Positions 37,070-50,716 of a stretch of 64,000 bases of DNA are shown here, piece after piece. This DNA comes from Octopus sinensis (taxonomy: Eukaryota). The translations under genes and the position numbers were made by a program. Under the pieces are notes generated by a model. It had not been told where the DNA came from and made no database searches. It saw only the letters and a list, made by a program, of their open reading frames with translations. The stretch's first letter is position 1. Every line of letters starts with the position of its first letter. The DNA is taken from NCBI RefSeq assembly GCF_006345805.1, contig NC_043007.1, positions 29,016,001-29,080,000 on the forward strand, in the 5' to 3' direction.

Positions 37070-37259
37070 TAATAACTCCTTTTATTTTTTACTCTTTTCA
37101 GTCATTAAACTGTGGTCATGCTGGGGCACCACCTTGAAGAAACCAGTATTTATATATTTTAAACCTGGCACTTATTCTATTGGTCTCTTTTAGCAAAACC
37201 GCTAAGTTACAAGGATATAAACACACCAACACCGGTCGTCAAGCAGTGGTGGGGATGCG

Positions 37260-37735
37260 GATGGATGCTGACAACTCCATAAAGAAGTGCTGATCAAAGT
37301 GTACAGAACTCGCTGAAGAGGGAGACCCAGGGAGACATGGAATGAAGTACTGAAGGACAAACTCAAGAAGCTGAACCTTTCATTCAAAATGACAAAAGAC
37401 CAAAATACTTGGTACTTTCCTGTACTCAAAAAGACCCTTCCTCCACAGTGGATGTGTTAAGCCACTCCCACCCACTGGTGAAGAGGACTGAGTCCTGTAC
37501 CAGTGCTATGTAAAAAGCACTCATGCTAGTGTCACATCAGTATGCTTGTGCCAGTGTCACATTAAAAGCACCCAACACATACTATAAAGCGGTGGGCATT
37601 TGGAAGGGTATCCAGCTGTAGAAACCTTGCCAGCTCAGACTGGAACCTGGTGCAGCTCTCCTGCTTGCCAGCTCTGATCAAGCCGTCCAACCCATGCCAG
37701 CACAGAAAATGGACATTAAAGGATGATGATAATGT
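37260..37735 (+). mobile_element. RTE LINE 3' end with family C UTR
   Basis: gagggagacccagggagacatggaatgaagtactg (GRPRKTW-like) continuing into the family C UTR and GAT tail. Confidence 0.75.
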
Positions 37736-37751
37736 TGATTATATATATATA

Positions 37752-38123
37752 CTAGCAGTATCGCCCGGCGTTGCTCGGGTTGTAAGGGAAATAACTATAT
37801 AAGCATTTTTAGAGAGTTATAGCCAAAAAATAGCAAAAAAATGCATTAAAAATTGAAAAAAAATTAAGGTAAATTTTTTTTTTAAATCGTTGACACATCG
37901 TAGATATTTTTAGAGAGTTACTTCCCTTATATAAAAGCGAAAAAAATGCATTAAAATGGAAAATCGTAGACTCATCGTAGACGTGCGCTAATACCCAGAA
38001 GGGCTCGATATGAATCACGACTATAAGATACCCGCTTTTGGTTAAACTGCACCGCAAAATGTGGGAGTAGTTACGAATCTAAATCGTAGGAGACAGACAC
38101 ACAACTTCACTCTTATATAAAGA
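37752..38123 (-). mobile_element. Non-autonomous Helitron (372 bp)
   Basis: Minus strand starts A|TCtttatataag and ends cccgagcaacgccggg (hairpin) cgatactg CTAG|T. Inserted between A and T with no TSD. Confidence 0.85.
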
Positions 38124-38449
38124 TGCTTTTTTTTTTCAGTCATAGAGTTAGATTTATGAAGGTCTTCAGTAGAAAATCCTTCGAATTCTGACTCGCTGCT
38201 TGATATAATGAAATTCGTATCCATTTTTTGTCAGAATTACAAATTTTGAAAACACAATAGGAACAAATTTCGGAAAAAAATCTCCCATAATTCACGGAAT
38301 TAAAATTACACTTCGATTTTTGTACAAAACTGTATTTGAAGTGTTTACGAAGTATAATACGTGTTTTCACGAATGTACTAAAGAGATTTACTCTGATATT
38401 CTCATTTAAATATGAATAGGTAAATTCGGGCGGTTTGGTAATGAAAGGG
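38124..38449 (-). mobile_element. piggyBac-like 5' end remnant
   Basis: Minus strand taaa|ccctttcattacc resembles a TTAA|CCCT terminus. Downstream acidic MDTNFIISSSESEFEGFSTEDL resembles a transposase N-terminus. Confidence 0.5.
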
Positions 38450-38519
38450 TTTATATAAGTGTCGTCTGTTTATACATAAACACTGTTTCATACTTTCAGT
38501 TTAGTCTTCCTCAAATCAC

Positions 38520-38903
38520 TTTGTCGCTATTTACTCTCTTCCAAGAACATTTTCACTCACTCTTATCTGTTAGCTTGCCATACATTTTACTCATGTATCT
38601 ATCAGCGTGATAGACAGAAACAAATATTACATCTAGTTTCACTTTATTCGTTGCACACTGTGTGTGTGCGTTTGCGTGTGCTGTAAACCAGACTAAGAAA
38701 AGCATTTGACATACACACCAGAATGTGAGTTTTCTGTAAATTTTGCTTAATTGGAGTTTAAATTTTAAAAACTGGACCTGGCATGACCCGATGCATTCTA
38801 CTCTTAAAAATGCTAGGTAAATTGTAATTGAAGAAATCCTATATTGTAGATTTCTATAAATGACAAAGGGAGGCAGATAAAATCTGCCTTTTATAATAAG
38901 AGA
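38520..38903 (-). mobile_element. Putative Helitron/Helentron-type non-autonomous element (5' end only clear)
   Basis: Minus strand A|TCtcttattataaaa, then hairpin ggcagat-ttt-atctgcc. The 3' CTAG end is not convincingly located. Confidence 0.4.
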
Positions 38904-39009
38904 TATATATATATATATAAACCGGCAACTCCACCAAGCTTGCTTGGTGAGGAGGGTGTTTATTGGACACCCTGTGGGATATATATATATAGATACATAC
39001 ATACATACA

Positions 39010-39175
39010 TATGATGGACTTCTTTCAGTTTCTGTCTACCAAATCCACTCACAAGGCTTTGGTCAATCAGAGACTATAGTAGAAGACACTTGCCCAAGGA
39101 GCTATGCAGTGGGATTGAACCTAGAACCATGCGGTCAGGAAGCAAACTTCTTACCACACAGCCATGCTTGCACCT
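39010..39175 (-). mobile_element. Family B SINE head (tRNA and CORE-like part)
   Basis: Colinear with 18073-18238. Confidence 0.85.
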
Positions 39176-40439
39176 ATTGTATACTATTATACAGTCTCAT
39201 GATTATATAGCAACTACTACGTGGCTACAATTATATTTCTACCATTATATACCTACTAGTATTATGTAACCACTACTATGCACGCATTACTGCAAGCCGC
39301 AGCTATAGCCAGAGTTTTGCGTAACTGATCATCTGACAGTTGGAAAATTATGTTGGTTTATAAATGTTTATAAATGGTGTTGTGATAATTGCAGCTGATT
39401 GAACAGTGAATGGGACATTCCGAAATAACAGGAATCTGTTTAGAAGATTGAGGTAAATTAATATAATCATTAAAAACAAGTAAAAGTTGGGTAACATAAA
39501 TTGCTTACACTCAGAGTAATATAACATTAGGAGTCCAGGAAACGGTTTTAGAAATAAAGAATTTAAGAAAAATAAGTCATAAAAAACATTGACAATCAAG
39601 GACAAATGAGTATCACAAAACAAATAAATAAGTTTGTTGTAGTTAAAAGGAAGAGAAAGGGAGTGTGTAAAATAAGGGAAGAAAGAGGGTGGGGGGATTA
39701 AACAGGGGGGGGAAACAGATGGGAGTTAAGCATTGGTATGCCATTAGCAGCATTAAAAGCCTGTACAGTGTGTGTGCGTGTTTGTGTGTGTGTGTGTGTG
39801 TGTATCTTAGCTCATCTACTCTTTCATATAATATAGATATGGGAGAGGAGCTAAGAGCAGTTGGAAAACATGCATTAGACAGAGAAATTAGATAGAGAGA
39901 CCTAAAGTTACATAATATTGTTTGTAGGATGCAGTACAAGGGTGGAGAGCAAGAACATGATAAAACTGTAGATAAATGAGAAATCTAGAGATGATGTAGA
40001 GTGTGGAGGGAGAGAGAGAGAGGAGAGAGAGATGCACAGTGACAGAGATAGAGGTCAGATATACATAGGGATAAATATAGTGAGTGACAAATAATGGGTG
40101 AGCCACCAATGGATGATATGAGAGAGTGTTAAGGATGAGGTGTGATAGTTATAAGATGTAGTTCAGAGGAGAGGGAGAGATAAAAAGTGGCAGAGAAAGG
40201 GGTGATCAGTGGGAAATAAAGTGTAGAGGTTTCATATTGAGAATGAAGGATGGAAGTGGTTCAAAGGAGGAGAAAGGTAACTGGAAGCACAAAACTGATG
40301 GCAGAATATGTACAGTTCTGCTCTCATTTCATTACAACAGTTGAATGAATAGTGCCATAGTTAGAAGAGTGATGGAGGGAAGTGTGTTAGAAAGATGGGA
40401 GGTGGGGAAGGCTTTATAGAGACAGACTGCATGTAGGAT

Positions 40440-40870
40440 CATCAAACATAAGCATAATGCTTGTAAGACCTCACTTTTGCCAAGATGGAAGGGTCTTCTT
40501 GAACACAGTGAATTGCCAGTTATCTCAGTGCTTTATCATATTCTTCATGACACTCAACATTTGCAGGTCAGTCTTCACCACCTTGTTCCACATTTTCCTG
40601 GGTCTCTCTCTCTCTTCCATAAATTTCACCCACACTTAGTGATTGGTACTTCATTATGCAGTTGCCCTCCTCCATAAGAATCACATGATCATACCAGTAC
40701 GGTTTTCTCTCTTGCAGGTTACATCTAATTCCTTTTATGCCCAATTTTCTCTCAACACATTAGCACTTTGGTGTGCAGGTAGGAGTTCACCAAGGATTGG
40801 TTCTCAGCCCCCTTTTGTTTATCATTTCCTCCAGGCCATGACAGGGGAATTTCATTCTGTTCCAACTACC
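40440..40870. mobile_element. Two RTE fragments in opposite orientation
   Basis: About 40440-40740 is a minus-strand C-terminus/UTR. About 40770-40870 is plus-strand VQVGVHQGLVLSPLLFI. Confidence 0.65.
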
Positions 40871-42431
40871 CCTGCCTTTTGATATAATCCTTCCTATTTT
40901 ACACACTCTTTCATACTCACCTGGCTTATTTCAATATTATACCTAACCTCATTATTCCATTCATCATTTCATATGTATGTGTGCGTGTCTTCCAGTCTTG
41001 ACATCGCATGACACAAGCAGTGTCATTCATTTCCAATATTCCCTGAGAACATGTCTGGCCAAAGGGGAAATATTACCTTGCTTGGTGAGGACTGGCAACA
41101 AGAAAGGCATCTGGTCTTAGAAAATCTGCCTCACTAAACTCCATCTGGCTCATGGAAATGTGGATGTGAAAATGATGATATACATAAACACCCACACACA
41201 AACCTGTATATATATATATATATATATATAATTCCTGTTAGCTTGCTTTCCTCGTTTCAACACACTGTATATTTATAGTGAAAAATATTGTATGTGGTTA
41301 GAGGATATTTCTCAAGATATTGGCAAAGGAATGGCTGTGTGGTAAGTAGTTTGCTTACGAACCACGTTGTTCTGGGTTGAGCCATAGAAAACAAGCCAAA
41401 TCAGACTAGAACTTGCCAGCTCTGGTCAACCCATTCAAACTATGTCAGCATGGAAAACGGACATTAAATGATGATGATGATGATGATGATATGTTTATAT
41501 ATATCCACCATAGTTCGGTGATCAGTGGTATGGTTGAATTTCTTCCAAGTGGAAAAACAATTAAAATAACAACAGACATTGTCCTCCATGGTTGATTGGC
41601 TGAGTGGTGCAAAGAGACACAACCATTCCATCACTCACCACTTCCCTCCACTACCTCACCAACCTGTTGTCACTCTACCCCCTCACCTCTACTGTACACT
41701 GTGTTTATGAGGTTACTCTACCGGCTAGAACAAGCAGTTAATTCTTCCACAAATCAGACACTGTCTTCTTGAAGTAATGTAACCCGAGATACCTGAAACA
41801 AAATAGTCAAAAGGATAGTCATGGCTGGAACATCTTTGATCCTTGGTGTTGTGAATCCCAAATGAGTTGGGTTTATTAACAATTAAGTTAAAAAGTTAGG
41901 TTGTGGTGTGGGGATGGATGTGTTGGACTAATTACATTAATTAACAATAAACAATGAGATAATTCCTAATCTAAATAGATAAGTGATTATCTGTGATTAA
42001 CTTTAATGAAGTTATGTCAATTAAATTAAAACAACTCTTTCAGGAACAGAAATAAAAACAGATGCAGCAGAAAATTAGATTCTTGCATATTTTCCTTATC
42101 TTAAATATCAGTAAAACAACTAGCAAGAATAAAATGTTTTCTTTTTAATCACCTTTTAATTGATTTTATTCATCAAAACAAGAAACAAAATCAAGCTTTA
42201 TTTATCTATTTTCTGGGAAAAAAGAAAATAACTATGGAACAGCTGTTAGAAGACTCTGAGAGTAGACCTGAAGAAATATCAGTTAAAATCTAACAGTTCA
42301 AAGTTTTTCAATCTTAATTATACATTTATCAATCTACAGTGACATATTTATTCCTATCATTTTTTTGTTGATGTTAAATCTCTTGGTTTTTAAAATCAAA
42401 TATACTTCACTCCAGGCGTTTTTCTCAAGTT

Positions 42432-42486
<55 letters not shown>

Positions 42487-42842
42487 ATTATCCCTTTATT
42501 TACATCTGCTTTCCATGCCAGGATGGAATGGACAGGTTGTCACAACTCTGAGTCATTCTGCATTGAGAGTTGCTGCTGCTGTCCCCACAGACTGGGGCTC
42601 ATTTGGCTGAATGTCTACAGCCGGATGCTCTTCCTGTCACCAATCACTTCACAGTGTACTGAATGTATTTTCTTGTGGCACCAATACTAGAGGGGTCGTC
42701 TTCCTTTCCAAGTCTAAGAATTCAGGGAACGTGCAGGGGCGGGGGGCAGTTCTATTGTGGCACCAGCTCAGGAGTTGGCGAGATCTTGAACATGGTAAAT
42801 ATGAAGTAACATTAGTAGACCAAGGAGGGGAAAGGGAAGATA

Positions 42843-42900
<58 letters not shown>

Positions 42901-43779
42901 GGTGGGAGAGAGAAAGGGTGATTGAGTGAGTGAGTAGAGACATGAGAAGGACCAGAATGGATGAAAAGAACAAGCGTATGATGGAAAAGGCAGGGATATT
43001 TGGAATAAAGAAGGGAGGGAAAGGATTGGCAATTGCTGAGGTGGACAAAAGTAAGGATGAGTGATGAGATAAAGGTAAGTGTAAGGTGATGGGTGGCCAT
43101 AGAAGTAACGCAGAGGGAAGAGAAAGTGATGGCTGGCAGCAGAGAAAGGCAAACTTTGAGGCTAGCAGGTCATGGATAAGGATTGTTCAATAGTCTCTTG
43201 TAGATGGGCCTCTGGAAGGGTGAGGGAGAATGATGAGTCAGCAGAAGTAGTGGGGGGAGGTGAGAGATAGGGAGCTGAGTGCTGAAGAGGGGTCTGGAAT
43301 AAGCAATAGGCAGCCGAGAGAGGGATGAACAGAGAGGAGTGAGCAATAAGTAGAATGGGAGAGAGTGTCAAAAATGTAAAGGGGTACTAAATGGCTGGGT
43401 AAGGTAAAGGGGGTACTACATGGTTGGGTAAGGTAAAGGGGGATACAACATTTGTTTGTTTAACATCAATTTTTCTATGCAAGCATGGGTTAGATGAATG
43501 TTATTGAGGTATTGTTTTACAGCCGATATCTTCCTGTCACTAATCCTTAGCTGTTTTTCAAGTATAGGATCTCTTATCTCTTATTTTTCTGGAGGCACAA
43601 AGTGAGAGGGCGATTTGTTGACAAAAGTAATGGCAACAATCAACGTCTGTTGGGAATCTCGTCAACAGTGAGGTGGGTTTTAAGAAAAAAAACAAAACCA
43701 GCAGCCAAATGTTGGGCACCAAAAAAACATAGATTGTTGATTGTTGTGTGCTTCACTACATGGTCATGAAATATGGGTA

Positions 43780-44110
43780 TTGAATAGAGGGGAATTGATG
43801 TAAATGGGAAGAAATGGGCGGAAACATGTTCCATTGTTTGTGTAATGTTTGCCAGGGTGCATGGACAATGCACAGATGAACTGAGGAAATAAGCAGGCAT
43901 AAGGGCAATCAAGTGTTATGTGGAAGAGAGAAGACTACCCTGGTCTGGACATGTGACATGTAGAAAGGATGACAGTTGGATGAAGAAGAGTCTGGAGATA
44001 CAAATAGAAAAGAATCTGTGAAAAGAGACCAAGGAAAATGGGGACAGAAAAGATGAAGTTGGATCTCAGGATGTGGGACTTCATAAAGGAAATTGACAAA
44101 AAACAAAATA
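43780..44110 (+). mobile_element. RTE LINE C-terminal fragment
   Basis: DELRK*AGIRAIKCYVEERRLPWSGHVT. Confidence 0.7.
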
Positions 44111-44874
44111 AATAAATCACAATTGGCATGGTGCTCTACTGAGCAGGTCTTCCTCATCTAGCATGGGAAAACAAAAGTGAAAATGGTGATAGCTTCATTT
44201 ATTAAATTACTTTGAAACAAGATTCAGTGTGAGGTTGTGGTGTTTGTATTGGTTGACACAGAATCAGGGAAACAATGGTGACAAAGGAATAATGAAAGGC
44301 AAGAAACTGTAAATATTTAAAACAGGAAATGTGAAATGGGAGAGGAAGTAAGAAAAGGGGGTTTCACAAAAATCTGGACAATTGTTTTATAAGTGGAAGA
44401 CTTGAGTGGAGAGATAAGAAAGTGGGACAAACTGGTGGGGACCATTCTTTTAAGGAGTAATTAATGATAAAAATGAGAGGATCTGATTACATGAATAGTT
44501 AGCAGGTGTTTCCTTTCACCTTGTGTTAGACTAACAAACAACTAAATTGAAACAAGCAAAACATTTATTCATCAAGTTCTACATTTTTTGTTATTTCCAT
44601 GTGGTATTTTGTAAAGAGCAGACTTGAGGTTTCCAACAGGCCAATCATTTCATTCACTGGGTTTATGATGGCAACAGTGACAATGAAATTTCTGTACAAC
44701 TTGGTGTTCTACTTTCAATGTACTGTTTTATCAATCTTCTCACAGATTTTTACATATTTCACCAATATATATTAGTGGTCAATGAAAAGTATATACACAC
44801 ATATACACCTCTCTGATATATATAAATATATTTATTTATCTTTATATATATATCTATATATATATACATACACC

Positions 44875-45450
44875 ATCAGATGTGGTGCGCTGGTATGGTC
44901 ATGTAGCACATGGATGAGGACGGCTCACCCATACGCAGCACATGACCATGAAAAGTGTCACACCCTAGCAGTAGAGGGAACCTGTGGAAGAGTTAGACCG
45001 AGGAAGACCTGCGATAAGGTGGTGAAGCACGACCTTCAAATGTTGGGCCTCACCGAGGCAATGACAAGTGACTGAGACCTTTGGAGAAATGCTGGGCTTG
45101 AGAAGACCCGGCAAACCAAGTGAGGTGGCATGTAAAAATCACAATTCAAGCATGTTCGTTGCCAGTGCTGCCTGACTGGCTCCCATGCCAGTGGCATGTA
45201 AAAAGCACCATTCAAGTGTGATCAATGTCAGTACTGCCTGACTGGCCCTTGTGCCGGTGGCACATAAAAAGTACATAAAAACCACCCACTACACTCTTGG
45301 AGTGGTTGGCATTAGGAAGGGCATCCAGCTATAGAAACTTTGCCAGATTGGATTGGAGCCTGGTGCAGCTTTCTGCCTTGCCCACCCTCAGTCAAACTGT
45401 CCAACCCATGCCAGCATGGAAAGTGGCCGTTAAACGACGCTGATGATGAT
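44875..45450 (+). mobile_element. RTE LINE 3' end with family C UTR array
   Basis: EKCHTLAVEGTCGRVRPRKTCDKVVKHDLQMLGLTEAMTSD, then gtggcatgtaaaaagcacc units and a GAT tail. Confidence 0.85.
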
Positions 45451-46296
45451 ATATACATACGTTTATGAATTTGTGTTGCAAGATTCCTGATGTGAAATAA
45501 TGCGTTGAAACACGTATTGTTATATTTCAGGATGGTCATTTTATTATTTTTTTTTTGCCAAATAAACACACACACGGTATATTTGTTCTTTACTTGGTTA
45601 TTAGTGTTCTTATTTTATCTTATGTCCATTGTCTGGAAACCTTTCATCACATATCTGTGACTCTTCAGCAACTCTTTCCATCCACATGAATCCTCCTGCT
45701 CCACTTTGTCCTACTATGGTGTGTATACTTATCTGCACATACATTTGCATCTGTGCATTTGTGTGTGTGTGTACTTGCATCTCTGTTTTGCATGTGTACT
45801 TACGCATGTGTACATGGGCTTGCCCACTACACTGTTTGTATACCCTGTGCTCAGGGTTATATAACCAGACTATTACCTAACACTCCGTTGAATCTCTAGT
45901 GTGAAACCAATTGATAAGATCGGCCATAAATGGATATATAATACTGTACACTTTTATATATAGAAACAGAATGAGATAAAAATCCAAGGCTGTGAAAGAT
46001 TTCAGAACATTTATAAAGAGAAGGTCTTACAGCTGTTTCTGGGATATTTCCACCAACTCACCATGTTAGCATTTCTTAATTAAAAGGGTCCTATCCAGAT
46101 ATGAAGAGAATGGTGGTTAGTGGTGCTCATGTATTTCTTAATAGTCTTCAGAAGCAATAACTGATATTGTCTCCTGCCTGAGAATCAAAACCAAATCAGT
46201 TTTCACCTCTCTCCATTCCTACATTTTCTGCTACTTCATGTTTCCTCCATTGCTACTACCCAACACCTCCTCACCTATTTATACATTCATTATATA

Positions 46297-46506
46297 GGAT
46301 CTTTTCGGTTTGAACGGCAGTTTTTAACATAATTTCTAGGTAACTAAAAAAATTTTAATTTCGTATACTGGTAGAATGTGTTTATAAAACATCATTTTCT
46401 CTTGGCTTTCTTGAGAAAATTCTATAGTTTGTAAGATATTTTGTCTTTAATTTCTTGCATTATGTTAAAATTATGTTAAAATCTGCCATTCAAACCGAAA
46501 AGATCC
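46297..46506. mobile_element. MITE with ~39-bp TIRs
   Basis: ggatcttttcggtttgaacggcagtttttaacataattt versus right-end reverse complement ggatcttttcggtttgaatggcagattttaacataattt, in TA-rich flanks. Confidence 0.85.
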
Positions 46507-48198
46507 ATTATATATTATACACTCTTCTCACCCATTATATATTTTACAACCTTTATACACAGCACACTTCCCCACTAATTATGTATTCTTCATCACATCG
46601 TCCTATCTGTGCAATCGTCTCCCTAATTCTCTCCTATTTCTACTTTGTTCCAAGTCAGTTCTTGTCCTGCAGATTTATGGTCAAAGACATTCCAAAGTGA
46701 AAATCCAATGTTTTATTCAGACAGAATATATACTTAGGACTCTGTTATATATTGTGTTCTTCATGTTTGAAGACTATGATATGCACTTTAGGGAAAATTT
46801 TACTATTATTTCTAGCAAGTCAAAGTATTACATCCTGGTAATAGTCATTGGCATTAACTTGGTATTTGGTGACATTCACAGAAACTTTCTGACATATTTT
46901 CTGGAAGTTACACTCTTGCTATATTTCTTCAGAGATTTCACTTGAGTCTACAATTGAAATTTGAAGATAATCCCCTGCTTGAACTAAGCCTCATATGAAA
47001 TTTCAACTCCCTGTTGGTCGTATTCCTACTTCTTGTAGACCACTTATAGCATTAATAATGGCAACACCTATTGTAAAAGCCAGAGACTTCACACTTTCCT
47101 GGTGAAGACAGCAGGAAACTCACTCCTCTATGTCTTTCCTGGGATTCTGTGACAGAGCTACTCAGCTGATAACAACACAGAGCCGAAACACCCACGTGTT
47201 TGTGGAAGAATGAAATGTGTGTGTGAAGAATAATATGTGTATGCATATGTATGTGCTATGCAACATATACTTATAGGTACTTGATATATTACTATAGATA
47301 TTAAGGTGACAAACTGGCAGAAGCATCATTAGCATGCCAGGTTAACATTCTTATTGGCATTTCATCCATCCTTACAGTCTGATTTCAAATTCTGCTGAGG
47401 CTGACTTTGCCATTCATCCTTTTGGGGGTTGATAAAATAAGTACCAGTTGAATTCTAGCGGCAGTCAATGGAATCAACTTAATCTTGCCCCACCCCAAAA
47501 TTTCTGGCCTTGTGCCAAAATTTGAAATTGATTTATACTACATATATGTGTGTGATAGAGACACTATGTGTGTGTGTGTGTGTTTGCATCTGAGTATGTA
47601 GTATGTGTATTCATGTATTCTATATAACATTATCATTATTGTCCTTTAATGGCCATCTTTGCTGCTGGCATGGGTTGTATGGTTTGAGAGGATCGAACAT
47701 GTTGGCAAAGGGCATCAAGCTCCAATGCCTGCTTTGGTATGGCTTCTACAGCTGGATGCCCTTCCTAACACCAGTCACTTTAGAAAAGTGTACTGGGTAC
47801 CTTTTTCATGGTACCAACACTTACAAGTTTGTCATGTGAGTCAAAAGATTAGAAAGCACTCTTAACTGAATGGGAGTATAGCAAAGAGGGTAGGGAATGG
47901 CTTTATGCTAGTTGTTGAGATGTTGAAGTATGATAGAAGAACAGAAAGTAGTTTGTTGTTGTAAAAGGGATACATGGCTACCCTACATTATATAAGGGTG
48001 AGCAGAAGTAATTGGAAAGAGAAATAAAGATGAAATGTCAAAGGATTCTGCCAGGGTAAGGGAGAAGGAAAACAGAAGACCACAAGGTGTGTGTGTGGGT
48101 AGAGGAGGTGAGGGGAGGTGATATGAAATAGATAAGGTTCAATGTGGGCAGGGAAACGGGGGGGGGGATGAGTGCCAGAAAAGGAATGAAGTGAATCA

Positions 48199-48248
<50 letters not shown>

Positions 48249-48439
48249 GTGTAGATCGGAATGAGAGATAGGGAGCCGATGAGAGGGAAGGGGAAGAGAG
48301 AGTGACAGGGATGGAAGAAATCAAAAGTGAGGTGTGATGTGATGGGTGTTAGGAACAAGGTATGGGTGTGAATAGGGTAGAGTTGAAGGGAGTTGGAGAG
48401 ATAACAGGTAGCACAGAAAAGAGATGGAAAGTATGTCAT

Positions 48440-49830
48440 TCTGCTCTTGGTTAATTTCATCAAAAGAACAATGGGTAGAATACCTCCTTGTATAACCTCT
48501 ACAACTACATTGGTAACTCGGCTGTATTGCATTCCACCAGACATTTTAAGCATCTCAGCAGTAATTCCTGATAGACCAGGGGGATTTCCCTGTCTTCTAT
48601 CTTACTGCTATCAATTAAGATAGCTGGTACCTCTGCTGGATCAGCATTGGGAAGACTTTCTTCTTTGCCTGCATTCTCCATATTTAATAACCTTTCAAAA
48701 TGGCAACTTTGAGCCTGTTGCTTTTTAGAATCACTCAGGGCAAGCGTATCATTATCCATCCATACACACTTCTCACCCACAACATCTCTTTTCTCACTGA
48801 TACCCTGTCTAAACAATTTGGAACATCTCACACTCTTTGATCGTCACACTAGCAAACCTCTTTCTGTTTCTTTCCTTGCTAAGTAAATCTGTCCCTTAGT
48901 TTCACTTCCTACTTCCGATATAATTCTCTGCTACCCCCATTCTTGCAATCCTTCCACGCCAGTTCCTTCACTTTTATGGTCCACTTTACTTCATTGTTCC
49001 ACTACCACATCATCCTTGGTCTGCATGGAATTTGACACCTGCCATAGATTTGCTCTGTGTTCCTCAGCAGATTATCCTGTCAAAATTCCAGTTCTCCTCC
49101 ATTTATTCATCTCTGTCTCTTTTTATTTCTCATCAAATATTTCATTTAGAAGGTTTCTATATTCCTGACAGCTTAATCAATCTTTAAGCTTCCATTTCTT
49201 CCTTTTCTAAACTGATCTGTGTCTCTGAATCCTTCTAGCTCTCAATCTGAAGTCATGAACTACTAAAATATATTGAGTTGCACATTCTTCACCTGGGAAG
49301 GACATTCATATTCTCAGGTGTCTGTCTATCCCTGCATCTTGTGAGAATCTTGTCAACCTGGCTTTTGTGACCATCAGAGTGGTAGATGATCATGTGACTG
49401 GTATGTTTCTTGAAGTTTGTGTTGCAGACCATCAGGTTATCTGAATCACAGAATTCCAAGAGCTTTGTTCCCTCCTTACTTCTAGGACCATAGCTATAGC
49501 CTCCATGTACACCATGGAATCTATTGGATTGCTGTCCATTGAAGTCACTAGTCATGAAGATCAGGTCACTGTCATTTTTTATTGAAGTAATCTGCAGAAA
49601 GGCCTCATAAAATCAGCCCCTTTGTTCATCTGCCAGTTCTGATCAAAGAGCATATGCAGATATAAATGCTGTTGCTCTGTTTCCTGAGACTTGCCTAAGT
49701 TTAATTATCCTATCAAACGCTCTGACTACTTCAATCACTTCATCCATTTCTTTGCCAAAATTATACCCTCACCACCCACATCTTCACTACTGCCAAGTCA
49801 GAAGAATGTATAGCTTTGTTCCTAGCATAT
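48440..49830 (-). mobile_element. RTE LINE ORF2 fragment (AP endonuclease and linker)
   Basis: SDFNG...GVHGGYSYGPRSKEGTKLLEFCDSDNLMVCNTNFKK...SQVDKILTR; HFERLLNMEN; SGITAEMLKMSG. Confidence 0.9.
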
Positions 49831-50195
49831 GATGTGTAAGTGTTTACATATATGTATGAATGTGTATGTGCATTTATATAATATATATACACATAATATA
49901 TATATATATATATTCACCTACACACCCATATGTGACTGTGTGTGTGGGTGTTTATGCATGTAAATATTCATGTTATAGTTGTTAATGTTATGATGTTATA
50001 TCTGTCAATGGCTGTCTCAAATCTAGAAGAGAGCAAAATCACTGTTTAGAGTTTAACAGTTTTAAATCCCAAGACGGCACCAAACATGCTTCAGTTGACA
50101 GAACAACACCACAGCCTCTTACTCATATGGAGTTATCAATAAATATTTATAGCAAGCCTTTCACACAAGAAATTATGTTTATACAGACATGCGCG

Positions 50196-50228
<33 letters not shown>

Positions 50229-50459
50229 CAGAGTGAAGTGCACGAAGTAGGTTCGTTAAGAAGAGAGAAAAAAATCAAAATAAAATAAGAAGCAAATAGG
50301 AAAAAAGCCAACATGTTTGTGACATTATCTCTTTTCCCATCCTGCTGCATCAACCTGACAGAATGAGATGGTTCAGTAGAGCAATTCCAAAACCTTCCAG
50401 TTGCCATTATGAAGTTATCGAACTCATGCTAGCATGGAACATGGGCATTAAAAGATGAT

Positions 50460-50511
<52 letters not shown>

Positions 50512-50513
<2 letters not shown>

Positions 50514-50716
50514 GCACTGGGCATATCCAGATCACCGGTGATTTCATGTTTACATTAACGCTCATCAGTGGCTCTCACTGGCACCTTGGGTTAAACTCAA
50601 CTCGTCAGTTTATAAGATCACCATAGAAATCATATGCTGATTTCATAAATGGTAAATGCTGATGAGTGTTAATGTAAATGCAAAATCTCTGGTGATCTGG
50701 CCATGTCCGGTGCTTA
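50512..50716. mobile_element. MITE-like element with ~57-bp imperfect TIRs
   Basis: tagcactgggcatatccagatcaccggtgatttcatgtttacattaacgctcatcag versus right-end reverse complement taagcaccggacatggccagatcaccagagattttgcatttacattaacactcatcag. Confidence 0.75.

Noticed and set aside
46673-46837. Plus-strand 165-nt open segment with a good acceptor and donor
   Set aside because: The peptide is unrecognisable, the frame runs on past the donor, and there is no firm link to other exons; left uncalled.
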